From NCBI GenBank assembly GCA_022572355.1, contig JACZWC010000014.1:7604-71603 (forward strand): a DNA stretch of 64,000 bases. The letters are read 5' to 3'. Positions 1 through 8,722 of this stretch are shown here, piece by piece (within the stretch, counting starts at the first letter, position 1; each line of letters opens with the position of its first letter). The notes below the pieces were generated by a model that did not search any database, was not told the origin of the DNA, and saw only the letters and a list, made by a program, of their open reading frames with translations. The DNA is from Bacteroidota bacterium. Its GTDB lineage: Bacteria > Bacteroidota > Bacteroidia > NORP154. A program made the position numbers and the translations under genes.

Positions 1-1148
1 TATATGATACTCTTCCGGAATCTGGCACCAATTTAAATTCCACTATAGATATTGAATTACAGCAGTTGGGAGAAAAATTAATGCAAAACAAGAAGGGCAG
101 TCTTGTGGCGATAGAGCCTTCAACCGGCGAAATACTGGCAATGGTAACCAGTCCCAGCTATGACCCAAATCTTCTTGTGGGCAGAGTAAGGTCAGAAAAT
201 TATGTGAAGCTTCAAAAAGACACACTTGTTCCATTGTTTAATAGGGCACTCATGGCTCAATATCCACCGGGTTCAATATTCAAGATTGTACAAGCCCTTA
301 TTGCAATGCAGGAGAAGGCCATAACGCCCCAAACCATGTTTACCTGCAATAAACGATTGATCAATTGCCATAATCACCCTTTTCCGTTGGATGTATTTGG
401 CTCTATTCAACATTCATGCAATCCTTATTATTACATGGTTTTCAAAAGAATTCTTAATCCGGGTAAAAGTCCAAATGTATTTATAGATACGGAAATGGGA
501 TTTGCTACATGGCGAGAGCATATTGGAAATTTTGGCTTAGGCGAGAGACTTGGAGTTGATATATTATCTGAGAAAGGTGGCAATATCCCTACAATTGAAT
601 ACTATGATAAGATATATGGCCGCCGACATTGGAAATTCGAAACCGTCTATTCACTGGGAATAGGCCAGGGGGAAATTCTCGTTGTACCGCTCCAGATGGC
701 AAATCTGGCTGCGATTTTCGCCAATAGGGGTTATTATATTACGCCTCATATCATCAGAAATAAAAATAAATCAGAAGGCGATAATATTCATTACACAAAG
801 ATTGAGAAGAAATATTTCGACCTGGTGGCAGATGCCATGGCAAAAGTGGTTGAAAATGGTACGGCCAGAAGAGCTCAAATTGATAGCATCACTGTTTGTG
901 GCAAGACGGGAACGGCTGAAAACCCTCATGGCGAAGATCATTCTGTTTTTATCGCTTTTGCTCCTAGATACAATCCTAAAATAGCCGTTTCCGTTTATGT
1001 AGAAAATTCCGGATTTGGAGGTACATGGGCGGCGCCAATTGCCAGCCTGATTATTGAAAAGTATTTAACCCGCGAATTAAAAAATCAGAGGAAGTTGGAT
1101 CGCATTCTTGAAGCTGATTTTATTCATAATGCAATCAGAACCAATTAG
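1..1148 (+). CDS. mrdA: Penicillin-binding protein 2 (peptidoglycan D,D-transpeptidase), 3' portion; 5' end lies outside the window
   Basis: The frame is open from position 3 (…YDTLPESGTNLNSTIDIELQQLGEKL…), so the TTG at 66 is internal. SxxK active-site motif PGSIFKIV, SxN-like SLGIGQGE and KTG motif CGKTGTAE are present. C-terminal transpeptidase architecture is typical of PBP2. Confidence 0.85.
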   Translation, partial: YDTLPESGTNLNSTIDIELQQLGEKLMQNKKGSLVAIEPSTGEILAMVTSPSYDPNLLVGRVRSENYVKLQKDTLVPLFNRALMAQYPPGSIFKIVQALIAMQEKAITPQTMFTCNKRLINCHNHPFPLDVFGSIQHSCNPYYYMVFKRILNPGKSPNVFIDTEMGFATWREHIGNFGLGERLGVDILSEKGGNIPTIEYYDKIYGRRHWKFETVYSLGIGQGEILVVPLQMANLAAIFANRGYYITPHIIRNKNKSEGDNIHYTKIEKKYFDLVADAMAKVVENGTARRAQIDSITVCGKTGTAENPHGEDHSVFIAFAPRYNPKIAVSVYVENSGFGGTWAAPIASLIIEKYLTRELKNQRKLDRILEADFIHNAIRTN

Positions 1149-1294
1149 CCCTGAACGTAAAATGTTGGGCCAAAGTGCTGCAGTAGCATCTTGGTTAAAC
1201 TACGAGCAGCAGGGGGTGCAACCTTCGCCTAACGGGGTATTGCTGGAATAACTAATAGAAAACAATTTTTAATCTTAGATTTCGTTCATAATAC

Positions 1295-1987
1295 ATGCCA
1301 TATCTTGTAAGAACAATCTTTTTACTTTCCGTTGTTTTAGTCCAAAACAATGTAAAATCTCAAGTCACTACGCATTTAATACCAACCGTATATGTCGATG
1401 TCAACGTTTTTCAAAAAACGGCATTTCTCGGTTGGACTGCCGGACTGGGATTGAATGTCAAGTTATCTGAATCATGGGGAATTTATTCGGGCCTGTTTTA
1501 TTCGCAAAGAGAATTTATGTTTACGTATGAGGTAAACCCGGAGCCTCCCTCAGCGAATTTACTTTCCATGACCCCCATAAATGAAAGACGTTATAATATT
1601 AATTACTTAGTTCAACAGTTAAACATACCATTGTCTGTTCGCTGGTCTTTTTATACGACAGAAAAAACAGCTCTGTATACAGGCCTTGGAGGGACATTAC
1701 TTTTCAATATTATAGAGAAAGATTGGGGTGAAAAGTATTTATATGATTCAAACGGGAATATTGATCCTGGCCCTTACGAATATTCAAATAATTATAAATA
1801 CAATAATAAAATATACTTTCCAAACTATATAGGGATGATAGTCAAATTAGGATATGCAATGAAAGTTAATGAAAAAATACGCTTAAATCCGGAAATAAAC
1901 TACATATTACCTGTCAATATTGGGAGAACAGTACCTGGCTATGATGCAACATTCAGTTTAGGTATTGCAATAATGTATAAGACTTAA
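1295..1987 (+). CDS. Outer-membrane beta-barrel protein (porin-family OMP_b-brl-like), signal peptide present
   Basis: N-terminal hydrophobic signal (MPYLVRTIFLLSVVLVQNNVKSQ). Alternating aromatic/hydrophobic beta-strand pattern with C-terminal aromatic-rich end (…SLGIAIMYKT), typical of small Bacteroidetes OM beta-barrels. Confidence 0.45.
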   Translation: MPYLVRTIFLLSVVLVQNNVKSQVTTHLIPTVYVDVNVFQKTAFLGWTAGLGLNVKLSESWGIYSGLFYSQREFMFTYEVNPEPPSANLLSMTPINERRYNINYLVQQLNIPLSVRWSFYTTEKTALYTGLGGTLLFNIIEKDWGEKYLYDSNGNIDPGPYEYSNNYKYNNKIYFPNYIGMIVKLGYAMKVNEKIRLNPEINYILPVNIGRTVPGYDATFSLGIAIMYKT

Positions 1988-2000
1988 TTTGGTGAAACAA

Positions 2001-2543
2001 TTAATGGTGGATAATCGTCTTTACTTGCACCCCAGAGTCCTGCTCTACTTTGATGTAATAGATTCCTTTTGAGTGATCCAGAAGATCAATTATCAACATC
2101 TTATCAGTAATTTCAAATCGAGAATAAATCTCTTCCCCAAGTATATTATACAAACTTACTGATCTGTTTTTCCCTGCTTCATCATTGAAGGACACAGTAA
2201 ATGTTCCAGTATTTGGATTTGGGTAAATGGAAACATTAGTCGGATTCAATCTTGATTGCTGTTCTATTTTTGAGATTTCATCCGAGCCGTTTAATTCATA
2301 TCTAGTACCGTAAACTACCGTGTTCTCAAACATATTATTCTCATTCTCTCTTTCCTTTTCACCACCTGAATATTTACCGCTACACAATGGTATGGTACAA
2401 TCTTGCAATTGCGCAATAAAGTTTGCTCCATCTTCTGTTTCAAACCCTAAATCTAACGTTATTTCATTTCCCGCATTTAATGAAACCTCTGAGATCGAAG
2501 GAACCACAAAATTATCCTGAGCCGTGATACAATCTGATGCCAC
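2001..2543 (-). pseudogene. T9SS type A C-terminal sorting domain fragment; no ATG and no signal peptide, only a GTG at 2543; likely degraded gene remnant
   Basis: The C-terminus NVSIYPNPNTGTFTVSFNDE…GIYYIKVEQDSGVQVKTI matches the Por-secretion C-terminal target domain. The in-frame upstream region is open to a TGA at 2703-2705 but contains no ATG/GTG/TTG. It encodes a Cys/Pro-rich hydrophobic peptide (…EIVLVFQFTCLCGCTEKPGYNPLPFVCPPGACCEEC…). Confidence 0.4.
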
Positions 2544-2726
2544 ATATGCCTTAATCGGTGGTGGCGGATCCTCTAGAGTTAAGCACTCTTCACAACACGC
2601 GCCAGGAGGACAAACAAAGGGAAGAGGGTTGTATCCGGGCTTTTCTGTGCAACCGCAAAGGCAAGTAAACTGAAAAACAAGTACAATTTCAGGCGACTTT
2701 AGTCAAACGTAGAAACTTAACCCAGG

Positions 2727-5303
2727 TTATTTAATTTTTAAAAATCGCTTGGTTTCTTTATATCCATTTGATTCCAGAGTAACTAAATATATACCATCGC
2801 TTAAACTGGAACCATTAAATGTAATCTGATATTTTCCTCCTTTATGCTTTTGCTTGTTTTGTAAGGAGAGTAACTCTTCACCGCAAATATTAGTAATAAC
2901 TACGGTAACATCTTCAGATTCAGCGATCAGATACTCAATCGTTGCCTGTTCAGAGATGGGATTTGGATATATATTCAAGTAGTTATTTACTTTTTTTCCG
3001 TCAATTTCTATGCTTTCATCTTCGTATTGATCTATGTCTAACAGAACAGTTTGATATACGATAGGTGATGGATAATTACTATTTGTACCATCCCACTTAC
3101 CGTTTGGATACTGAGTACAAGTAAAAAACGGGTCAACAAAGGCTCTGAAGGTTGAACCTTCAACTGCTTTAAATCCTGGTTCAAGCCACACCGATTTCCC
3201 GCCATGAAACACTATATCCGCACCCACATCAACAATATAATCTCCATTAGGACTATTATTTATCACATCATAACCTGCTACGATATTAAATGCCGAATAC
3301 GTTGTCGTGTGTGTGACCGTTTGATTTTGAAGAGCCAAATACGCCGTTACTCCACTTAGTACATTAATGTTAAAAATAACATCACCTGGTGGTCTTGGAA
3401 CCCATCCTACCGCTGCACCCGAGATTGTACTAATGACCTCATAAACCCAGGCTCTGACTATTACTTCTGTGTTAGTAAGGCTTAATACGTTGCCATAAAA
3501 CGACCCAATATTAGGGTTCGCTGCTGACAACGCATTTGAACTTAAATACACAACAGGGTTAGGTGTGAAGCCATAATTAAAGGAGCGTCTCACCTCATGT
3601 CTTTGGACGATGTACACCGCAGCTGACAGATTAGAACAATCATTGTCAAACATTTCCCACTTGAAGTTGCCACTTGCGCCTAAGTCCGTTCCTCCCCCTA
3701 GATATGAATGCAAATTTTGACTAAGGGCCAACTGCACGGCTCTATACGCATTGATTCTTCCATATCCAACGTGTCTATCCCATGTTCCATTAGGATGGCC
3801 AGATACTATGTTAAAACACGTAGCTCCAACTTTGTCGCAACTTACTTCCAAGACCGTGCGTACCTCGGATTGAGTAAGACATGGGTTAACTGAGAGAACT
3901 AAAGCTGCAACACCCGCCGCATTAGGACAGGCGGCAGATGTGCCAGAAAAACTCGAATTATAATCAGTTCCAGTATAGCCACTAGCGCCACTAATATCTG
4001 TAGTATAAATGTCATCTCCAGGGGCAACGACATCTAGAGCCGAACCAAAATTAGAATAATTCGCTCTGACATCATTAACTGTAGACGCACCGACAGCTAG
4101 AACATTTGAATTTGATGCCGGAAATCTAACTGTTCTATCATTTGAAGTTATGAAACCATTATTACCAACAGAAAATACAACGACACTACCAAGTCCATCT
4201 CTGCCCATAGTAACAGCGTTACTAATGGCATTGTCAATAAATGAAGATGGGGGAATCCCACTCCAAGAATTGGATAATATGTCAGCCTGTCCAATATCCC
4301 ATGCCCAATTAATTGCATCCGCAGCTTCAATATCACTGATCAAAGATATTGTTCCCAAAAAGAGAGTAACGGGAATGATTTTACAGCTATAAGCTACTCC
4401 TGCTACTCCAATGCCATTGTCGCCCACTGCGGCAATGATACCAGCAGTAGCCGTGCCATGTGGATCCCCTCCAAGCGGGCCGCCATTGGTTCCGCCTCCG
4501 GACGCATCATATCCAGGTAATAAATTATCAACGAGGTCTGGATGGTTTAATTCAACACCTCCGTCAATTACTGCCACTTTTATATCCGCTCTTCCAGTTG
4601 TAATTGTCCAGGCTAAATTGACATCCATATCCGCATCAACGGTTCCACCGCTCTGCCCAGTGTTTTCCAAGGCCCATTGCTGAGAGTAAAACTGGTCATT
4701 TGTGTTTCTCTGGGCCTCTTTGAGAAACGATGGCTCCGAAAATTCGAAATTCCCAGATTCAAAAAAGTTATTAGCTAATTCTAAAGAATTGCCAAGAGAA
4801 TTTTTATTTGTACTGATAATAAATATTTCTTTGTCGTACTTGTCTGCCCTAACAATATTAGTATTTGTAGAATAAATTAATTCTTCAAATTCCAAATAAG
4901 ATATCCCCTTAAGCTTAACAATAAATTTATTTGTCAAACCCATGTCGAAACAGCCTGGGTACTTAAAAAAAGGATTTGCATACTCAATTTGTAAGTTCTC
5001 ATTAAGCTCTGCAATAATTTTTCTGACTTGTATCTTAGTAGTACTTTCTGCTAACTCAAGGATTAGTATATTATTTCGAATTACCTGATCCTCGTATATT
5101 GGTTTCACCAAGGAGGTAATTGAAACCGCCTCCATTTTTGATCTAAACGAAATTTCCTCTCCGAATTTTACAAGTATTTTGGTTGTTGAAATTTTTAAAG
5201 CCATCTTCTCACCCTGATAATAATAATAGTCCTGTTGGGCCCAAGCAACGTTACTCAAAAAAAGAAACACAAATAGATTAAGAGCTAATTTCATAATGGA
5301 CAT
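2727..5303 (-). CDS. S8 family subtilisin-like serine peptidase with T9SS type A C-terminal sorting domain
   Basis: Signal peptide MSIMKLALNLFVFLFLSNVAWAQ. Catalytic triad motifs VAVIDGGVELNHPD (Asp), HGTATAGIIAA (His), LSNSWSG (oxyanion Asn) and GTSAACPNAAGVAAL (Ser). C-terminal NIYPNPISEQATIEY…GIYLVTLESNGYKETKRFLKIK is the T9SS CTD. Confidence 0.85.
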   Translation of the reverse strand: MSIMKLALNLFVFLFLSNVAWAQQDYYYYQGEKMALKISTTKILVKFGEEISFRSKMEAVSITSLVKPIYEDQVIRNNILILELAESTTKIQVRKIIAELNENLQIEYANPFFKYPGCFDMGLTNKFIVKLKGISYLEFEELIYSTNTNIVRADKYDKEIFIISTNKNSLGNSLELANNFFESGNFEFSEPSFLKEAQRNTNDQFYSQQWALENTGQSGGTVDADMDVNLAWTITTGRADIKVAVIDGGVELNHPDLVDNLLPGYDASGGGTNGGPLGGDPHGTATAGIIAAVGDNGIGVAGVAYSCKIIPVTLFLGTISLISDIEAADAINWAWDIGQADILSNSWSGIPPSSFIDNAISNAVTMGRDGLGSVVVFSVGNNGFITSNDRTVRFPASNSNVLAVGASTVNDVRANYSNFGSALDVVAPGDDIYTTDISGASGYTGTDYNSSFSGTSAACPNAAGVAALVLSVNPCLTQSEVRTVLEVSCDKVGATCFNIVSGHPNGTWDRHVGYGRINAYRAVQLALSQNLHSYLGGGTDLGASGNFKWEMFDNDCSNLSAAVYIVQRHEVRRSFNYGFTPNPVVYLSSNALSAANPNIGSFYGNVLSLTNTEVIVRAWVYEVISTISGAAVGWVPRPPGDVIFNINVLSGVTAYLALQNQTVTHTTTYSAFNIVAGYDVINNSPNGDYIVDVGADIVFHGGKSVWLEPGFKAVEGSTFRAFVDPFFTCTQYPNGKWDGTNSNYPSPIVYQTVLLDIDQYEDESIEIDGKKVNNYLNIYPNPISEQATIEYLIAESEDVTVVITNICGEELLSLQNKQKHKGGKYQITFNGSSLSDGIYLVTLESNGYKETKRFLKIK

Positions 5304-5359
5304 TCAAGTTAATACTACTTCGAATCTGGATTGGATTTTATACTAAGTACATTCACAAA

Positions 5360-6115
5360 TTAAACTTCTTCATCATTGGAAAGATTATTAAAAGAAATAC
5401 CGATGGTTAATATAAACCCACTCCGCTTTATAGAAACTTTTCTTACTATATCATAGGAGGCTGCAGGAACTGTGTTATATATCCAAAAATTGAGATCCTT
5501 TCTATACGCTAATTCTACAAAAAGGAACACCCCCTTTAATTTAATATTTTGTCCTATTCCCAGAAGGAAATAACTTCCAAGTCCATTATTGTTTTTATTC
5601 CGAAGCGAGTAGGAATCATTATATATTTCCTCTCTTATTGGGTCTTCTTGTTGAGTAAGATCAAAGTTTGTTTCAATTTCTACTTTACGCTGACCATAGA
5701 TCAACCAACTTATTCCTAAGCCCGTTTGCAAATAAGTGTAGTTGGTTTTATTGGTTTTAATCCGCAAAGAGGCTGGGATATCTATGCTATGGGAAGAAAC
5801 CTGGTTTCGAATCTCTACGGTTCTATCATCAGGATGGGCGCAATAACAAGTATTATAGAATTCAGCACGTGTTAAATAGTATTCAATAGACGTTCCAATA
5901 CCAATATTTTTATGAAAGAAATATTGAAACCCATACCCAGCTTTTGCCCCGACATCCCAATAATCTAATGTTTTGTTGGAATTTGTTTCAGAGTTATTTA
6001 AGGTGTAAGAAGAGAAATTAGAACCTAGAAATGCAGAATGCTCCACACTTTGCGATTGCGCAACAAATGATAGCGAACATACTACTGTAATTATTAAAAT
6101 TCTCATTCTTTGCAA
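5360..6115 (-). CDS. Outer-membrane beta-barrel protein (OMP_b-brl_2-like)
   Basis: Signal peptide MQRMRILIITVVCSLSFVAQSQ. Amphipathic beta-strand periodicity and aromatic-rich C-terminus (…FILTIGISFNNL). Confidence 0.45.
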   Translation of the reverse strand: MQRMRILIITVVCSLSFVAQSQSVEHSAFLGSNFSSYTLNNSETNSNKTLDYWDVGAKAGYGFQYFFHKNIGIGTSIEYYLTRAEFYNTCYCAHPDDRTVEIRNQVSSHSIDIPASLRIKTNKTNYTYLQTGLGISWLIYGQRKVEIETNFDLTQQEDPIREEIYNDSYSLRNKNNNGLGSYFLLGIGQNIKLKGVFLFVELAYRKDLNFWIYNTVPAASYDIVRKVSIKRSGFILTIGISFNNLSNDEEV

Positions 6116-6168
6116 TAATCAATTGTACAATATAAAACGTTTAAAGGCGTGTGTTTCATGGTGCCTAG

Positions 6169-7575
6169 TTACCTTTTGTTATAATCATCCACTAATTGTT
6201 TTAGTTCAATATTTTCCTTTTTAAGCTCGTAATACAATTTATACAACTCGTGTATATCTAAAACATTTTCTTCAACATTTTGCGTTATTCCTGCCATGGC
6301 AGCTCCAACTCTCAGACCATTTTTTTCAATTTCCTTACCAGGTAGAATCCCGGGAAGATGTTTGTTTTTCAAAATATATTTTTCCTTTTCACGCCACGAC
6401 ATTCGCTTATATTCTTTATCAAATACATAATCGCACCAATTGGTCTCAACTATAACTTCTTTCGATCTAATTGTACCACACACTTCCAATTTATAAATTG
6501 GGTCCTTCGTTCCAATACCAACATTACCTGAGTTGTTGAAATAAACATTACCATCAGTTGCTAAATTAATATCCAGATTACCGTTTGCATCATATAGATA
6601 TGATCTTCCAGCTCCCGTAGCTGTTTCAACCACCGCAAATACATTATCCGTATTTGAACTCCTCTCTATGCCAAAATTCACTGCATTATTTACACTTTTT
6701 ATTGTCAATTTTTCACTCGGGTTGGTTGTACCAATACCAACATTACCTGTTGTTCCAACCCCGGAGGCTGACCTGACAGTTAGCGTTGGTTTCTCACTAT
6801 TAAAGCCTATCATTAGTGAATTGGCAATATTATTCTCCAATACTAATTGACTGGAAATATTACCACTTCCAATAACAAAAGAATTTGTGGCGTTCTGGGC
6901 AGTTCCAACATAGTGTCCTAATGCAAATGAATTACTTGCCACTGCAAAACCCGATCCGCTAAAAGGCCTTATTGTAAAACCATCTGGAAAATCAAAAGTA
7001 AAAAGCGGGGTAATTATAGGTGGGTTGTCATCAAAAAGGAAAGTATTAGCGAAAGCCGAAAGCGCAATAGAGTTATCACCGAAATATATAATGCTATCAC
7101 CGGGCAGAGGAACTATCCGGCTTGTAGCAATTCGGTCAATTGTTGCATTAACAGCCTTCATGTCTCCATTAACGTCTAAATTGAAACCGTTAGAAGGAGA
7201 ATTTGTGTTTATCCCTACATTTCTATTTGTCCAGACTATAGTATTGCCATTTGGCTGCCAACCACCGCTTGGAGGTCCAGGATTAATAGCTACCGGTGGA
7301 ATAGGACGCTCTTTAATACGCCCATCAGGGCCTCTCGTCAAATATTTATCTGCACTATCAAGGGGGCCACCCACATTCATGATTTTGAGCTTGCCATTTA
7401 TCTCAAGTGTTTCAGCCGGGTTCATCGAGTTAGAATTATTGGTTGAAGGATATATTGTCGGTGGCCCTTGTGCAAAAAGCACCTGGCAGTTAAAAAGAAT
7501 AATTGTTGACACCAGGATGGATTTGCAAGCGTATATTTTGCTCCCCCCACGTCTTGAAGAATGTAATTTTTTCAT
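6169..7575 (-). CDS. Tail-fibre domain protein with C-terminal endosialidase-chaperone (peptidase S74)-like domain and coiled coil
   Basis: Repeated NVGIGTTNPSEKLTI / NVGIGTKDPIYKLEV collar-like motifs. The C-terminal …HLPGILPGKEIEKNGLRVGAAMAGITQ…LDIHELYKLYYELKKENIELKQL resembles the intramolecular chaperone and autoproteolysis domain of phage tail fibres. N-terminal signal-like hydrophobic segment. Confidence 0.5.
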   Translation of the reverse strand: MKKLHSSRRGGSKIYACKSILVSTIILFNCQVLFAQGPPTIYPSTNNSNSMNPAETLEINGKLKIMNVGGPLDSADKYLTRGPDGRIKERPIPPVAINPGPPSGGWQPNGNTIVWTNRNVGINTNSPSNGFNLDVNGDMKAVNATIDRIATSRIVPLPGDSIIYFGDNSIALSAFANTFLFDDNPPIITPLFTFDFPDGFTIRPFSGSGFAVASNSFALGHYVGTAQNATNSFVIGSGNISSQLVLENNIANSLMIGFNSEKPTLTVRSASGVGTTGNVGIGTTNPSEKLTIKSVNNAVNFGIERSSNTDNVFAVVETATGAGRSYLYDANGNLDINLATDGNVYFNNSGNVGIGTKDPIYKLEVCGTIRSKEVIVETNWCDYVFDKEYKRMSWREKEKYILKNKHLPGILPGKEIEKNGLRVGAAMAGITQNVEENVLDIHELYKLYYELKKENIELKQLVDDYNKR

Positions 7576-7828
7576 AGCTAAAATATTAGAATAAATTCTT
7601 TTTTGGTTAACAGCATTGTTTCGTAAAAGTAAGGTAGAGAATATTTTTGATTTACAAAAGAAAAATGTAACAATTTATTCTTCGGCAACCACTGTTTACT
7701 TTGAATTGTAATCAGGGGGCAATTATACGCAATGGGTTCACCCGCGGATTACAAATCCGTTCGGGAAGTTTAAACCGGTACAGCCATTATTCCCTACCTT
7801 TGCCTTCTTTAATAATAAAATCAAGACA

Positions 7829-8602
7829 ATGAAACTCAAAAACATCCGCCTGGATAAACTAAATTTCTCCTCTACTCCTGTACGTTTAAGGCGCACGGAA
7901 ACAGCTATGGAAGAGTTTAAGCAATCCATCAAAGCAACGGAAGGGCCTCTTGATCCGCTCATCGTGAGGGATATGGGTACTGATGAGTTCATCGTAGTGG
8001 CAGGCGAAACACGGCTTAAAGCCATGATAGAACTCGGGTACGAAATCAACTTTCCTGTGCCATGCCTTGTAGATACCTTTACCGACGAACAGGCGCTGGA
8101 ATATGGTTTAATAGAAAACCTGGTAAGGCAAAAGTTAACGCCTTATGAGGAAGCTCTTGCAGTAAAGCGGCTGGTTGAAGATTATGGCTTCAGGCAAACT
8201 GATTTGGCAAAACGCCTGGGGAAAAGCAAACAGCACTTAAATAATTTGTTGAGCGTATTTAGTTTGATCAATGAAGTGAAAGAAGCACTCCATAATGGAA
8301 AAATTTCTTTGGGCCATGCACGGGCATTGAATCTTTTACGTGAAAGCCCGGTAAAACAAAAAACTGTATTGGATGAAGTCCTTGCTAAAGATTTAAACCG
8401 AGCTGAAACCGAAACTTTAATCAAGAAACTTTTGGGTGAGAATAAGGACTGGTTTATAAAACCCGGTACAACTTATATTTCCAAAACCGCTAAGTTAAGC
8501 GTACATCCATCCGGTGACGGATTTCACTTTGATGGGCGTTTCACCAATGAAGAAGAATTACAGAAGATCATCAAAGCTCTGCAAAACAGAATAAAAAAGT
8601 AA
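7829..8602 (+). CDS. ParB N-terminal (ParB/Srx nuclease-like) domain protein
   Basis: PLDPLIVRDMGTDEFIVVAGETRLKA matches the ParB-N GxxRxxA box. The HTH-like segment is LAKRLGKSKQHLNNLLSVFSL. There is no partner parA in the window. Confidence 0.65.
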   Translation: MKLKNIRLDKLNFSSTPVRLRRTETAMEEFKQSIKATEGPLDPLIVRDMGTDEFIVVAGETRLKAMIELGYEINFPVPCLVDTFTDEQALEYGLIENLVRQKLTPYEEALAVKRLVEDYGFRQTDLAKRLGKSKQHLNNLLSVFSLINEVKEALHNGKISLGHARALNLLRESPVKQKTVLDEVLAKDLNRAETETLIKKLLGENKDWFIKPGTTYISKTAKLSVHPSGDGFHFDGRFTNEEELQKIIKALQNRIKK

Positions 8603-8722
8603 GCCTGGGTGTACTTTATGCGTATTAGGTTGGTATTCAATCTATTATAACACCTAAAATATTGTTTTTTGTTAAAAGGGCAAATGTTCTACTCGTATTA
8701 AGTGGTAATTAAATAAAGCAAG

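Noticed and set aside
682-984. 100-aa alternative-frame ORF inside mrdA (likewise 3708..3893, 4148..4683, 7025..7594, 9136..9861, 10529..11242, 28043..28885, 31436..32987, 36729..37241, 56979..57320, 60401..61097 and similar nested ORFs)
   Set aside because: They are embedded in, or antisense to, long well-supported genes. They have no recognisable motifs and low-complexity composition, typical of spurious frames in a moderate-GC genome.
2566-2580. GGATCCTCTAGAG (BamHI-XbaI, identical to part of the pUC polylinker)
   Set aside because: Only a 13-mer. Flanking sequence does not continue into polylinker (no SalI/PstI/SmaI), and it lies within a region that is open in-frame with the T9SS CTD fragment. 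It is treated as coincidence rather than vector contamination.
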